From positions 1,819,608 through 1,883,607 of the forward strand of contig JALDTO010000266.1 in the NCBI GenBank assembly GCA_023515725.1: 64,000 bases of DNA, given 5' to 3'. The translations under genes were made by a program, and so were the position numbers. The DNA is from Amoeboaphelidium protococcarum X5 (taxonomy: Eukaryota; Fungi; Aphelidiomycota). Position 1 is the first letter of the stretch. Every line of letters starts with the position of its first letter. Below the pieces are notes generated by a model. That model was not told where the DNA came from. It worked only from the letters and a program-made list of their open reading frames with translations, and made no database searches. This document shows positions 39,438 through 53,276 of the stretch, piece after piece.

Positions 39438-39755
39438 GTTTAGCTAATTCTGAACAGGTAATGAAGATAAGATTTGAAGTAGATCCAAATTTACTAGTTG
39501 CTTATATGTTTTTCATTGAGCGATTTAACCCGCTCATTACAATCATTGATTACTAGAAGATACACTGGGCAAATTTCACTTTTATATAGCTACAGACTTC
39601 GCCTTGATGAAGCGTTTTACATTGCGTGCCGTTCAAGTCATGAGATCAAGATCTATCTTCTCTCTTTCTCTCCATTGTTTCAACAAGTCTTCAGTAACAA
39701 TAGTCCTCAAAAGTCTTTACCAACTACAGTTAGATATTTACTGCAATAATAGAAT

Positions 39756-41360
39756 ATGTCTGCAATTGACTAGATTGCAAAGGCGGTTTGGTAGAATGAT
39801 TTAAATAGATTAAATGATCTACTGTAATAAGATAATCTTAAATTTTATGCTCAGAGTCGCATCGATTTGAACGAATGGGATAGCCGAGGCAATAGTCCAC
39901 TTCATCTGGCGCTGATGCTAGGGCGGATTCAGGCTGCGTAAATTCTAATATAGAACGGATCTTAAGCCAATGCATTGAATGCAGACAATAGTTCTTGCTT
40001 GGAAGAAGCTATATGCTTGGGGCATCGGTAGTTGATAGCCGAGCTTTGGAAACGCAGCTGGCTGGAGCAGTTGAATGATTTTCGCAATGATGCAATTCTG
40101 GTGTCATGTCTGTAATCTATCGCTGACTTTGACATGGAAATATGCGTTAAATTGAAAAGTAAAATACCAGTGCTGGCTCAAGTCTGTCCCAAGGAGACAA
40201 TATTTGTTAGTAAGAGACATGACATGTTGCAAGTACAATGGACCATATCAAAAATAAAAGGTGCCAGGATTAGCCGAGCGAAAATGTCCTTGATCATTAG
40301 AAATAGAAATGGTCAAACTGAAGCTATTATTATAAATCATGACGCTAAATTGTATTAGAATTTACTACCAAATGTTTCCACTGGTGTACTGCATTCAGTT
40401 GTGGACAATTTCATGTCAGAAGGCGTGGTAAAGAACGAGTTCACATTTTAAGATTTCATAGTGGAGCCAATTATGACGGCGAATGGTGGCGATCAATTGC
40501 AAAAAAAGTTGAAACATGGTGGGTGGAATACTCTAAGCTATAAAGTTAGTAATCTAGGCTGTATTCAAAGCTAAAGATCACCTTCTGATATAGAATAAGA
40601 ATATGAAGATTGTGATAATTAATGCATAAATACACTGAATGCTGATGAAATCGCAGAGTAATAGCAAGTCTAGTCTCTAGATTTACTCGCCGCGATTAGT
40701 GAAGATGATTTGGTTGCCGATTTAGATAGTCGGCTCTCTATTGAATCAATGACGACTGCAGGTGCAGACTCTAATTCAGATGCGTATGTTAAAGAGGCGA
40801 ATGAAAAGATCAAGGCTAAACTGCCTTCTTTGATGCAGATATTGAAGCTGAAGTCTGAGTAGTCTAATGTTAGAAAAATTGAATCTACTGATAGAAGAGT
40901 CCCAGAGAATATTCACCCCGTACACATCAAGGATCTTGCAATTCCTGAAGTTGAAATCTCTGAAGTTGAGTATTTCAATCAGTAGTTGTAAGATGAGTTA
41001 TCATAAATTGGCCAGATATGTTCTGTAGGGCGGCGTTGTATTTACAGACAATAGCAGTATGTAAAGCCCCATCCGGTCACAGTCTACATGAGTAAGGATT
41101 TACATATGGATATCGCGTAGTTGAGACCATTACTATATTTTATTCTGCGCGATTACTGTCAGAGTGAGCAGGAGTTGAATAAGTTCCTGGGCAAGTTAGG
41201 CGAGGGGTTTCCTGCGAGAATTGAAGTTCCCATAAACTCGATTCTGCTGATGAAGGCATCAGTTACGCGTTTCGCTTAAAAGAACTTGCCAGCTGTCTCT
41301 TTCAATATGCCTCCACCTGATTACAAAGAGGGAAACATATTGCCAATAGTGGAGTTTTGA
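39756..41360 (+). CDS. ANKRD13-like protein (ankyrin repeats + GPCR-chaperone domain), 534 aa
   Basis: DSRGNSPLHLALMLG, CLEEAICLG, DFDMEI...S.IPVLAQVCP, GFPARIEVP. Confidence 0.8.
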
Positions 41361-41510
41361 AAATTTCTTTGAATAATATTGCTGTTTGCTCATTCTTTTA
41401 TATTAACTGTAATGTGTTAATCCCAGGTTCGCTCTTTATATCTTCCACCGTGGCTTTACTGTACAGTACATTTCTCGAGCCAGCAAGACCGTTCGCTCTC
41501 TCTCTCTATC

Positions 41511-41833
41511 TAAAAGCAGCCAAATCTTATTTTATCGCGGTTTGACAATGCCTCACACTTTGTGTGGTATGGGTAACTTTTCGGCGAGCAGTGTTCTACA
41601 TTTGCGGTTACTTTTACATGAAAGAGGAGACTCGAATATACTAGAAAAGTGTGATTAAAAGCAGCCAAATCTTATTTTATCGCTTTTAGTCAATGCCTCA
41701 CACTTTGTGTGGTGTTTTGCTAAAGTATATCACACCTTGTGTGGTATGGGTATTTTCTCAGAGAGTCGTGTTCTGCATTTGCGGTTAATTTCAACGGATA
41801 GAGGAGGTTCGAATATACTAGAAAAGTGTGATT
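41511..41833. repeat. Diverged tandem repeat of a ~145-bp unit (2 copies plus a partial internal duplication)
   Basis: AAAAGCAGCCAAATCTTATTTTATCGC...TCACACTTTGTGTGGT...TCGAATATACTAGAAAAGTGTGATT occurs twice. Confidence 0.85.
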
Positions 41834-41960
41834 CTATTTCTCTCCTTTAGCTCGTTTCTTCGTCTTTCAATTCATCGTGTGTTTTACAGTGTTATCTTTG
41901 CCAATACATTATCATTATTGTGAGAGAGCTATATAAAGCAGAGAATATACAGAATTTATT

Positions 41961-42904
41961 ATGGAAATGGATCAACAAGATTAGGCTCCACCACCCAAAT
42001 TTGAGATTACTGAATTGACTGAGGATTCTATGAAATTCACATTGTCCCAGGCTAATATTCCTTTGGCGAATGCTTTAAGGAGAATAATGATAGCAGAGGT
42101 ACCCACGATGAGCATAGATCTGGTGGAGGTGGAGAATAATACATCGTGTCTACCTGATGAGTTTATTGCGCATAGACTGGGCCTGATTCCATTGATTTCA
42201 CACTCTGCCGAATAATTTAAATACACACGCGTAAGATTATTACTGTCTAATGATTAACACACGCACCTCATATATACTGTATGTATCGATAAATGTAGGA
42301 TTGTGAATGTTTAAAATCTTGTGTGAGATGTGCTGTGGAATTTAAATTACATGTCAAGTGTACAGATGATCATGAAATTCGCCAAGTGACAAGTAGAGAT
42401 CTTCTCTCAATGAATCCAAACGTTGTACCAGCGTTGTAGAATGATGAAGATCCTGGCATTCTTATCACCAAGTTGAGGAAGGATTAGGAATTGAATATTA
42501 AATGTATTGCCAAGAAAGGCATTAGTAAGGAGCACGCTAAATGGTCTCCAGTGTGTGGTATTACGTACGAATATGATCCGGATAATCTGTTGCGGCATGT
42601 AGATTATTGGGCTGAGGAAGATGTGCGCAGTGAGTGGCCCAAAAGCGCGTACTCTGACCCGAATTCACCCCCGAATCCACCGTATGATCCCAATGCCAAG
42701 GCTACCAAGTTCTACTTCAGCTTTGAGACTGTTGGCTCTCTGCGACCAGAGGAAGTTGTCCAGTCTGCCATCAAAGTGCTATCGAGCAAGTGCGGAGTTA
42801 TTATTAATATACTCGAGTAGGAGGTGTCTGCTGAAGCTGAGTAGGCCAGACGAACTGCTGCCCATCAAGCGTAAACTGGTGCTTACTCTCAACACATACG
42901 CTGA
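41961..42904 (+). CDS. RPB3: RNA polymerase II subunit RPB3, intron 42231-42298
   Basis: LANALRRIMIAEVPT, DEFIAHRLGLIPL, DCEC...C.RC Zn loop, AKKGISKEHAKWSP. Confidence 0.96.
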
Positions 42905-43024
42905 TTTGAATTTAAGCGATTGATACGGTATCAGGTACTACTTATACGTAACATGTAGTTTCAATATAATCAAGAATTTATATATAATAAATTTTTAATT
43001 AAATCTATTAGATGCGCAATGTAA

Positions 43025-44386
43025 TCATGCAAACTTAATGTTGGGGATCCAGCCGCGGAGTATAGACTTTTGATCTACAATACCTTTGGATAGAGGAGAG
43101 TCATAGAGCCATGTTGCATAGATGACACATGCACATCCCAGTATGAACAAAATACCAGTGTCCGCGGCATCATCAGTAAAAATGACGATGGATACCACAC
43201 AGCTGATAATGATCGATATAGAGGTTGCAAATCCTTTCAGAATATTATCCGCATACTTCACCACCATTGCCACCAATAGACCACCAGTTGCCTGGGCAGT
43301 TATAACAAGCCATGTAAAGAAGTTGTAATTCTAAAAGAACCCATCTTCACCAATCCTCTCACCATCTTTAGTATAACAACCGACCAGCGCAAAGATTATA
43401 CTAAAGAATGCCAGCTGAATATTCCGCTCCCAAATGGTTGGTGGCAACTTTTAATTTGTAACCGACAGCGGAGATTGCTGTCTAGAAGATTACTACGATG
43501 ATGATACTGATGAAGCCGCCTGTGGTGATAGCATATCATTGCTGACATTATCATCACTATCGTGCGCTTTATTATTATTATTGCCAAAAGTGTATTATTA
43601 CTGATTCTGATCTTGATGTTATTGAGACGGCTATGCAGCAGTAGGCTTCTTCAAAATCTTTTCAAAATACACACCAGCTATACCGCTGAGGCAACATGCA
43701 GATAGTACAGCCAGTAGACCGATGAATTTATTTCCAACTTGCACTTTACTGCTATTATCGGTAGCAGAAGCAGAAGCGGCGGAGGTAGAGGTGGATGATG
43801 ATGGCATCTGTACAAGAGCTACTCCAAAGGTGAGTATACACAAGGAAACCCATTAAATGCCACCAAGTCTGCGACCAAGCATCAATACACTAAACAGAGC
43901 AGTGGTGAGAATCTTGAGCTGGTACGTGACTTGGAATGTGGCAGCATCCAGATTACTCACCGCCAAGTACTGGAGATTATTCTAAATGGTATACAGAGTA
44001 GCTGGAATGGCGAGTTTCCACGCCTCGCTCTCAACTGAAAACAGTTTACTGAGCCACTATCGAACTAATTTATACAAAGATGGCCTCTGTCTCCACGCCC
44101 TACCACCATTATTACCAATACTATTACCATTATTACCACTATTGGACACGCTAGTCTCATAGCTCAATCTTTTCATTTACTGCAATTCCAATCGGATGAA
44201 TACAAAAACACAGATGATCAGCTTCATCAGCTCAGACATGAACACTGCAGTAGATGACAGATAGAGCGGCTTGGGCAGAGTCCTACTATATCGCATCATC
44301 AGGATGAGGAAGCTATTCTGAACAGACAGTGTGACCAGAGATATTGAGCGCAGCGACATTCCATAAAACGATTACTCTGCAGCCAT
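43025..44386 (-). CDS. SLC35A-type UDP-galactose/UDP-GlcNAc transporter, 453 aa
   Basis: [57 protein letters not shown]. Confidence 0.92.
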
Positions 44387-44735
44387 TGCTTTTATTCAAA
44401 TATTAAATGCTATAAACTAAATTTTTAATTATAAATGCCAATGGGAAAGAATCGCGGCCTGTGTCCACCAGTATTATAAACCGCAGAATTGATAATGAAG
44501 TTGAAAAATGTGAAGCCGCCTCACCTCCCCTTACGAAGATGAAGAGATTTAACTACTAAGCGGCGTCGCGTAGAAAATTGTTGAAATTTTCGCGACCAAC
44601 GACGATCGATGTGAACCGTACGGGATATGGAGCATACCTATAAACGCTGTGAAGCGGGGAAATACCGATAAGGAGCAAAAACTACAATATTAAACGCATT
44701 TTTTAGCACAAGTTCTAGTACTTAATATATATAAA

Positions 44736-46226
44736 TCACTAATTTTAAAATGACGAGGCAAAGTATTAACACCATTGTTAAAGTTTAGGTGACGATTACG
44801 CTACTAACAACTGTATCTACTCAAGGTGATGAGTTAAATCTGCTGCCAAAACTTTATCTTTTCTCATAGGCAGCTACAACACAGAGTTGAGATTCACAAT
44901 ATCAGAATATTTTAACAAAGTCACCGACCTGTAGAATTAAGAGCAACAGCATAGCCAGACGCACAGGAGAAACTTGATGTAGAGCTGCTTCTACTAGACA
45001 CCGATCGAGTTGAGACGCAATTAATGAATTGTGAAATCCACTTGACTTAGTAAACTGTGATCAAAATACAGCATTTCGTTTATATATTGATACAATGGTA
45101 GGCACACGAATTGAGCCATATTTACTGATTTATTAGGCAGTTTGGCTTATGTGACAATGCGCACTGTATTTAGAACGTCAAAACGCTAAGCATCATCATA
45201 ACCAGTTATGGACTATCCAGTGATTCGATCCAGTTCAATTAAAAGATTACTCATATCAGAGTTTACCAGGTGAGGTAACGCGGAGTCGCTCTTTTCATGT
45301 TACACCTAACATTGAAGACATTACGCGATACTAGACGCGCGATTCAGCACAGAAAGGTACCCACATTGTCGGCATAGCTCAATATTAGCGGGATCAATGA
45401 CTCGTGAAGAACATAGATCACACTGACAGATAAATCCCTTCTTGCTACATGCAATCTATCGATCTTCAAATTATTGAAATTCCATATCATGGTACGAAAT
45501 AGTTAATTCCTCCTCAGGCTCTATCGTGGTGAGCGATCGAAGCACTATATACACGAAGCCATCATCCTCGCTATATTCCAAGTCCACTTCAGCATTAGGA
45601 ATACACGAATGCTACATCATGGATGAGACTATGCCGACAGCTATCAGTTCCTCCTCAACATCATCCATTTCATACTCGTCAATCTCAGCGTTATTCTCAC
45701 TAGTAAATTAAAATTATACCAACTATTACCCAGCGACATCAGAAAGCCGTCTTGAATGACAATTAGTCTCCACGATCATTAGAATCTTCTTTATTGTAGT
45801 AGCGGCAATTTAATTAGAATCAATAGGCTATTTATTAAGGATAGACGCGATAATGTCTGATTACTTTAACATAAACGACTCGACATCTGGATCCTCACTC
45901 TTTGCCACATGACTTTCCACACCATCAGTACTCAACGTATTAAAAGCTGTTTCTGCGTCATGATCACCATACATGCTTGATAAAATCCAATTAACAACAA
46001 GGCGAAGAGTATCACGCTCCAGCTCAGTAACATCATAAAGAGTTTGCACGATGGCGTCGACGCGTCTTCTTTGATCAGGATCGCGTTTAGGCAAGGATGT
46101 CAATGCTGCCCTCTCTCGCAGTATTACCTGGCCAGCGGTGAAGCTTTACTCTGCCACTAGATATCTCTAAGCAGTCTTGGTACAAATCTTGACCGACACC
46201 AGATTTTAAAACGTATTTCGCACCAT
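44736..46226 (-). CDS. SMYD-like SET-domain protein, 496 aa
   Basis: GQVILRE, SMMQHSCIPNA, EELTISY, post-SET FICQCDLC, further CxxC pairs. Confidence 0.8.
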
Positions 46227-46716
46227 CTCAGGTATGTGAAATGATGGTTAAGCAGCAATTTTCTATTAAGTAACGCGATCAAGAAATACGGTCTAAATCT
46301 AAAATTTCTGCTTGATTGGCAAAGTTGGGGATTGAATGGAGTAAATTAAGGTGTATAAGAAATTAGGATTCTTAAATTTTCGATACAGCTTCAGTATGTG
46401 CTTATTAGTCAGTTATAGTAAGTGGACTCATGACGAATGTGTAAACTACAGTAGTGGCGCTTCATGGTGTTTCCCTAATCAGCCATTCTTAGTCATTCAT
46501 CGATGGATGAGCACGTTTCAGCATGTTTCAACATTCTTCAGTCAGTCAGTCAGATTTTGATTAAAAGTATCAAGTTGTCCTTCGCCGAGTATAGAGTGGA
46601 GTAAAGAGTAACAGCTTTGTATCTTTGAAGCTTTACCGAGTCGCAATCAACGATATATAGTATTAAAGTCTTATCCTAGCATCATCGTTTGAAGTGGCGC
46701 AAATTAAGCAACTGTA

Positions 46717-47730
46717 ATGTCTGCTGGTAAGGATTTAGAAAGTGGTAGCGGGACGCGCTCATAAGTTGTCACAGAGACCTACTCTAGCCATGTCGTTATG
46801 CTCGTCGTGATGAGTATCCTGTCTTCAGTCCTTCTGATATTAGGCAATAAGTATTTACTGGTCACTTACTAGTTCAATTATGTACTGACACTGTCTGCAT
46901 GCCATTTTCTGTTCACATCCATATTCACTAGAGTCTACGGCCGGATGGGATACTTTGAGCCAAAGAGAGCCGTCCCGTAGTAAGTTATCACACAGATGGC
47001 CTTATTTGGCGCATCCTCTATCGTACTGATGAACTTTAATCTCAAAACCAATTCTGTTGGGTTTTATCAGCTTACTAAATTAATGTGCATCCCATACATG
47101 GTGATATTCAACAGAATCGTTCACGGAAACAAAGTGTCTTTGGAAATGGCTCTATCACTGCTGCTGATTCTCTTCGGAGTCGGCCTCTCCACACTGTCTG
47201 AAGTAGAGTTGAATCTAATCGGCTCCGTTATAGGTGTCCTATCAGTCGTGGTAACTGCCTAGTTCCAGATTTGGTAAGGATCTAAATAGAAAGAGTACAT
47301 GCTGAATCCTCTGCAAATTACAGATATAATTATGCCCACATAGTTGATGGTTACCGCCACTTTTGCTATGCTGTTTGAATTTAATCCGCTCTTTATACAG
47401 CGCCCTGTTCTAGATTTTGAATGGTCCATGTAGTTGAGTTACAGCATACTGTTGACATGCGTGGCTGCGATCGCTGTGAATATTCTGACTTACGCATTGA
47501 TTGGGAAAACGTCAGCGGTAACTTTCCAAGTGGTTGGTCACTTAAAGACTATACTTACGCTTATGGGTGGGTATTACCTGTTTCCACAGAGTATGCCCAC
47601 GAACGTGTATGGCATTCTGATTGCTCTCTTCGGAATGGTTCTGTACAGCAACATAAAAGGATCGCCGATGGGTCGATCATCTCTGTGTCAGTTGACTGGG
47701 GCAGAAAAACTGTGGACCCTAGAGGTTTGA
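46717..47730 (+). CDS. SLC35E/TPT-family nucleotide-sugar transporter, 337 aa
   Basis: NLKTNSVGFYQLTKL, IGKTSAVTFQVVGHLKT; many transmembrane segments. Confidence 0.9.
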
Positions 47731-48081
47731 CGTGACAGTGTAAAGTGATCAGTCTTTTCGTTTGTATTGATATTTAGCAACATTTTATAATTCTTTCAAT
47801 TAATATATATCGCTATGTGCATTATATGTTATCGTACTTTTTCTGAATCCCACGTCTCGTGTTATTATCTAATGCGAATTCTTATCCAAACTCTGTTAGG
47901 ATTCGATTTAACATACCATCACTTCTCCTTAAAGTTAAGCTAGAATGATCTTTGCAATTGCAGCAGAGCAAGTAACTATGGCTGAAAGTGAATAACAAAA
48001 TGACTCGGGGATGAGATGAATATCATTTTTATTATTATTTGAGAATGACACACGGACGCATTAAAACTCACTGGGACAAAA

Positions 48082-49077
48082 TCATCTGCTTTTTGTTGTT
48101 ACAATAGAGGCAATCTTCAGAGTGAATGTCATTATTTCATCTTTCAACACGAACAATAACGCTTATGTCAACACAGCCTTGATAATTTAGGCTTCCATCC
48201 CGCGATACATTCCAGCCGGACCTTCCTGTCTCACAGCTTCAAATAGGATACCAAGAGCAGATTTCTTGGACATTTCAGCCTTCTTCTACTTGGAAGTCTG
48301 AGCTTACAATCTAGTCTTGGCCATAATGTAAGGATAGGTGACTATAGTGGCTAAAGTCTTACACATCATTCCAATAAAGAAAATATCCAGCGATGACAAT
48401 GGCTAATCACCTCTAAACTAACTCAAAGCAGACTTGAGCTTCTCAAATAGTCCATAAGTTATGGCAGGATTCACAGTGAGAATCAGAGCTGGCCTAATGC
48501 CACTCCATAAACCTTGTACACCCTCCTCTTTGATTATACTGAGAGCAGTTGCAAGTATATTCTAAGCTTTGAAGGAAACTTGCTGATGAGTGGTAATCAC
48601 AGATATTGGAATGGTGATCAGCTAAGCACAGCCACCAGCCATAGCACCAACCAGCAGCTCAGTACCTACACCCAATTAATGCTTCGGATCCGTACTTAAT
48701 CTCAGCGCCCTACCCCGAATGACAGAATACCACCAGAAATAGGCAAAGTTGGTGAAGAAGGTACCCAGAACGGCTGATGGAAGACCATTGTAGAGTTTAA
48801 GAAGTTTTTACACAGTGACACGCTTGTCAACATCACCACCACGGCCAGCAGAGGTAAACTCTTCTCCACCATGCAGAATCTCATCCACAGCCCGTCGAAT
48901 GTCATCTATAAAGTTGGATGCCTCCTGGGATGCTCCCGCCGCCGCCGTTTATTCATTCTATTTACGCTGTTACACTTGCAACCTGGTTTTAGTAATGTCC
49001 AGTGGATAGCAGATAGACAGAGCAAAACTAGCTCCGACTGAGCCCGCAAAGGCATTAAGCAAAGCGCTGTCACTCAT
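48082..49077 (-). CDS. Peroxisomal adenine nucleotide carrier (ANT1/PMP34-like SLC25), 331 aa
   Basis: YPLDITKTRLQ, NFAYFWWYS, PALILTVNPAITYG, TYPYIMAKTRLQ. Confidence 0.9.
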
Positions 49078-49401
49078 ATCGCTTACTCGACGCAACTTTA
49101 AAATAAATTCTGTATGACTTTTGCAAAAGTTGACGTTGTCTCAACTATAGTACAAAGCAAATGCGTTTCTTATTCAAGTGTAGAAAGCAGATAAGAGACT
49201 GAACAAAAGATGATCGAACGGCAAAGCGAGCTGGTGGAGATCGTGTGAAGATTGATCTTTTACGCGTTGCATGATGAAGTGGCCTGGGTGATCAATGACT
49301 ATAACAATGAGACATCCAATTTTACCTTTAATACTAAAAAGAATTAATAGCCACTAAACAATTCAAATCTATTTTAAAATACGGTTTCCCTCATGACAAT
49401 T

Positions 49402-50319
49402 TCAGTATGCAAATCCCATGGCAGGGCGTTGCCAGTATTGCGGTCTAGGTGTGGAGTAGCCATAACGTAATGAATTGCGCAGATAATTAGGACGTTGAGA
49501 GTATCCGCTGTTATAAGGCGTTCCAGACCTGCCGGATAATGAGGATTCAGCAGCGCGTTACTTTGATTTAGACTTCTGCTGCAATCCGCTCTTCTCAAAG
49601 CGACTAGCAATTCCTGTCTACTACGGTGCGCCCTGATTGAATTCACCATTAAATCGAAGGCCGCTTTTACTCGTCCGAGATCTCGCTGCTCCCTGCCGTT
49701 GCTATTACTACTATTACTACTATTACTACTTCTATTAAGATCGCTACTACTCCCTCCTGAACTCACTTAAATACCCATCGCCAGCGAAGTCAGCTTTAGA
49801 AGTCACGCCCGTCACAGCAGTGCCAGCGAGGACTGCAGCACCCGCGGCGGTACCAAGATAAGCGGCAGCTACCTGAGGAGCAAAAAATGTGGCACCCACC
49901 TGTGCAGCAAATCCAATGCCTTCACCAACACACTCTGCCTTTCGGTACTTTGGGCATGGTATTCGAAGTTTATTAATCATGCCTTTAATGGATTACCGCG
50001 GATTCTTGGCTGCGTATTTAAATTTCCGCCAAGTGTCTTTATAATCTTTGGCAGAGTTAAACGGCACCTTGGTGGCCGTTACGAAACTCTTCACTGCGCC
50101 TTTGGCTACAGCACCTATTATATTCAGAATTCCACGCTTAGTCAGTGTGTACAGATACGACGAATCTCTGTGATTATTTTAATCATCTATTAATGAATGG
50201 TCTTTGTTGGCTCTAAGAGAAGCAGCCGCATTACTTTTAGACGGTGATTCTTGTTGAGCAGAGAGCAGCGCGGAATATAATAGCAGACTAAGTAACGCCA
50301 ATTGAACTACTCTTCGCAT
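49402..50319 (-). CDS. Secreted prepro-protein with a KR site, amphipathic helix, hydrophobic hairpin and Gln/Arg-rich tail, 305 aa
   Basis: Signal peptide MRRVVQLALLSLLLYSALLSA; LTKR-GILNIIGAVAKGAVKSF; TAR-coded polyQ; TGA at 49402. Confidence 0.7.
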
Positions 50320-50784
50320 TTGTACTACTTTACTATTATTATTAGTATTTCAAATCCGCTGAAGAAAGATTGAATTTGACGCGAGTTGTTGTCAAAGAGA
50401 CGCCGCGAATATGCTGCACTTTAAATACCCCTTAAACAAAGGGACGCGTGATCTGGGGCACCTTGTTCGCTGCTTTGTGTAACGTCCTTTAACATCCCTA
50501 CAAGTCAATATTTTCAGCCATTAAATGGAGCAGCCCGCATATTGCTTATTGCCATTACACATCCGCCGTGATGGTATTACCTTTACTGCGATTATATTAA
50601 AATGTCAGGGAGAATCAGTAATCACTGCAGACAGTTTAACGTTCGTTCTCTTTCACTTTCTCTCGTTCAAATTCAACAACATTTTAATAGGAGACTTTTA
50701 CTGCACTTGGGTTAATTAAAATTCAAGAGACTGACTAGTTGAAGCATAATTAAAGTTTATCTTGTTTGAATATTCTTCTTGACA

Positions 50785-53160
50785 ATGGAAATGATGACTG
50801 CTTCTCAACACTTTCAATAATAATAATAATAATAATAATAATCATCGTCCATGAGTAGTATTAAGAACTACTAGTACCATAAACCTCTGGTTGGCGGTGA
50901 AAGGTACTAGACTGTGATAAAGTGTCATCATCACTTGGAATAGATGGTCTCTATAGATATTGTCTCGCAGTTGACACAGTTGGCAGACTTGGTGGAGAAT
51001 TTTGGATAATAAAAGTTAATAGTCGGGCAACATGACATTACTTAAGTGGATACTGAAGATGGTGACGTGCTTTAGTATGCAAGGGGGTTCCAGTGTCTGC
51101 TGTAGATCTAAGATGAACTTGCATAGTTCTAATTGGATAGTAATCTCTCTGAATCTCATTCACTCGTAGAACTGTCTATATTGCTCCTCATTGCTGTGCA
51201 TCTCTAACGCGTACTATCTCCTCATATCAGTGAGAGTCTAGTTGAAAGTGTATCTCCTGTAGATGTTCAACTGTGGACAAGTAAACTTTCTAAATTGCTC
51301 AATTAAGAATCCTCAACTCTCTCGACCAAGTGCAATATTATTTTCTCAGTATGGTTATTAAATCCAGACGTGAATCCATTAAAGTTGTATTTGGATCTTC
51401 AGTTATGTAATATGTTCACATGGACCGTCTTAAAGCGGTTAGAATCCATTCTAGAGACAGTTGAAAAGCTATTCAGTTACACTGATGGTTTAATCTACAA
51501 AGCTGCTCATGACTTGAGTCAATAGAATGTAGTAGGGATGGTGCAGAGCAGGTTCAAGTCGGTGATGCTTAGTGCTATTTCGCCCACTCTATTGACTAAC
51601 TTTAATCCTACTGTTCACTTATTCTCATAATCAGCATCTAGTACTAGTACTGATAATATTTTACGCGAGTTTATTGAGCATGTTGTCACCGGACTGGAGT
51701 AATAAAGTCTGCACTTTGAAAATACACCTCTACTGATTGATTATGTATCTGGCAGCGTATCTCTGGCGTCCAAGAATAAGTTTCTATAAGAGATTTGGGA
51801 TACAGTTTTGAATGAGAAAGTTCACTAGCAATGCATGTAGATGATATAAACTCAAGTTGGAAAGTATTATGAACAGCTGTTGGAATATATAATAAGTACT
51901 TTGTAACGATCTTAACAGCAAGTGACTAGTGCATTCTAGGACAACAAAGCTGTATTAGATATTAGATAGCGTCTTTTCGATTTATATTAGACTCATTGGT
52001 CTGATATTCAGTTACTGATCAAAGATTAAAGAGTTGGTGGTAGTGATTTGTAGAGTCATTGCGGTAGTTCTATTCAGCAATGTGTGAAGAGATTTCTGAA
52101 AGAATTGAAGATGCAGGTTGATAGAATGGTTAATAGTTAACGTGATGCGACCATGCTTGGTACTCTATACTTTATGTGCCGTTAGGTGTCACAACGGGAT
52201 TATGCATTAGTCAATCGCGAAGAATTCTACCTCTTCTGCGACCATATAGTCTAATAGCTCTGTCATAATTAGTCTTAATAATTGCTTTAAAATCTGCTTC
52301 ATGTTTACACTGATCCTCAAATTGGTACTGATCTATCCATAAGTTTTACTGCTAACGGGCAAGGCGGTTAGTGGGAAGTTATGAAAGATGGTGGAGAAGT
52401 GGAATAGAAAGTTGTGACATCACCTTCTCCTTAGATGATAGCGGCTTTAAGTGAGTATTTGTCTTTGGATTATATGCTTGAAGTCACTTTGCCTGTATAT
52501 TTGGATTTCTGTAAGGCTGCTTTACAATGCATTATCTAACTGATTGAGAAGCTTGGCAGTGTAGATTTACCTGAGTGTGTTTAGATTCAGCTGTATTTTG
52601 ACATCTAGTTTTGTTACAGGCTATTTAAAGGAACTTTGAAAGGATAAGAGTCTACTGCATACTTTAAGTAGTTTATTAAGTATGCAGATTCCGTCAAGCA
52701 GAAAATTGATATTGTGTACATGAAATCTGTGAATGATCGCATCTTGCAAAATGTGGATGCTGCCGTTTAAAAATACGTACTAATGTTTAGTCCTGCCTTT
52801 GTACTGAGTAGAAAGTCATCAACATCCTCTGGTACATCGAGAAAGTCGTCTAATCCTAGTAGTCAGCAAAAGAGCCTGCTATAAGAGTCGTTCTACTCGG
52901 ACATGCTGTTACAACCGTCTTCGCGTTTTATCACCATTCCGTCTTATCTCTCATTGGATCAGTGTATTCATGATGAACAGAAGAGATTGATGCAGGAGAA
53001 ATAATAGTAATAGTAACAGAAAAGATTGGCTGCTGCTTAGAAGTCAGAAGCCAACAGTGGACAATCGTAGCGGGTGTCTTCATCCTCGTTTGATTAGAAA
53101 GCATTCCAATTTCCTCAATCTATCCAGACTGGACTGAACAGACTCGGGAAATTCTTCTGA
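50785..53160 (+). CDS. COG1/Vps51-like tethering complex subunit, 791 aa
   Basis: 2.4-kb TGA-free frame; LVGGERYQTVI resembles the COG1 VGERYRDLI motif; QLYFDIQF; (TAA)n polyQ. Confidence 0.55.
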
Positions 53161-53276
53161 TATCATTGTATAATGAAGAGCCAATGCTGATGTATAAAGA
53201 AAAGCAATAAATGTCTCTGTTTGCGGGACATTTATTATCTTTTATTAACACCAACTTTTACCACCTCACTTGGTTC

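Noticed and set aside
49374-49766. 130-aa standard-code ORF
   Set aside because: Alternative frame overlapping the TAR-polyQ tail of the secreted protein
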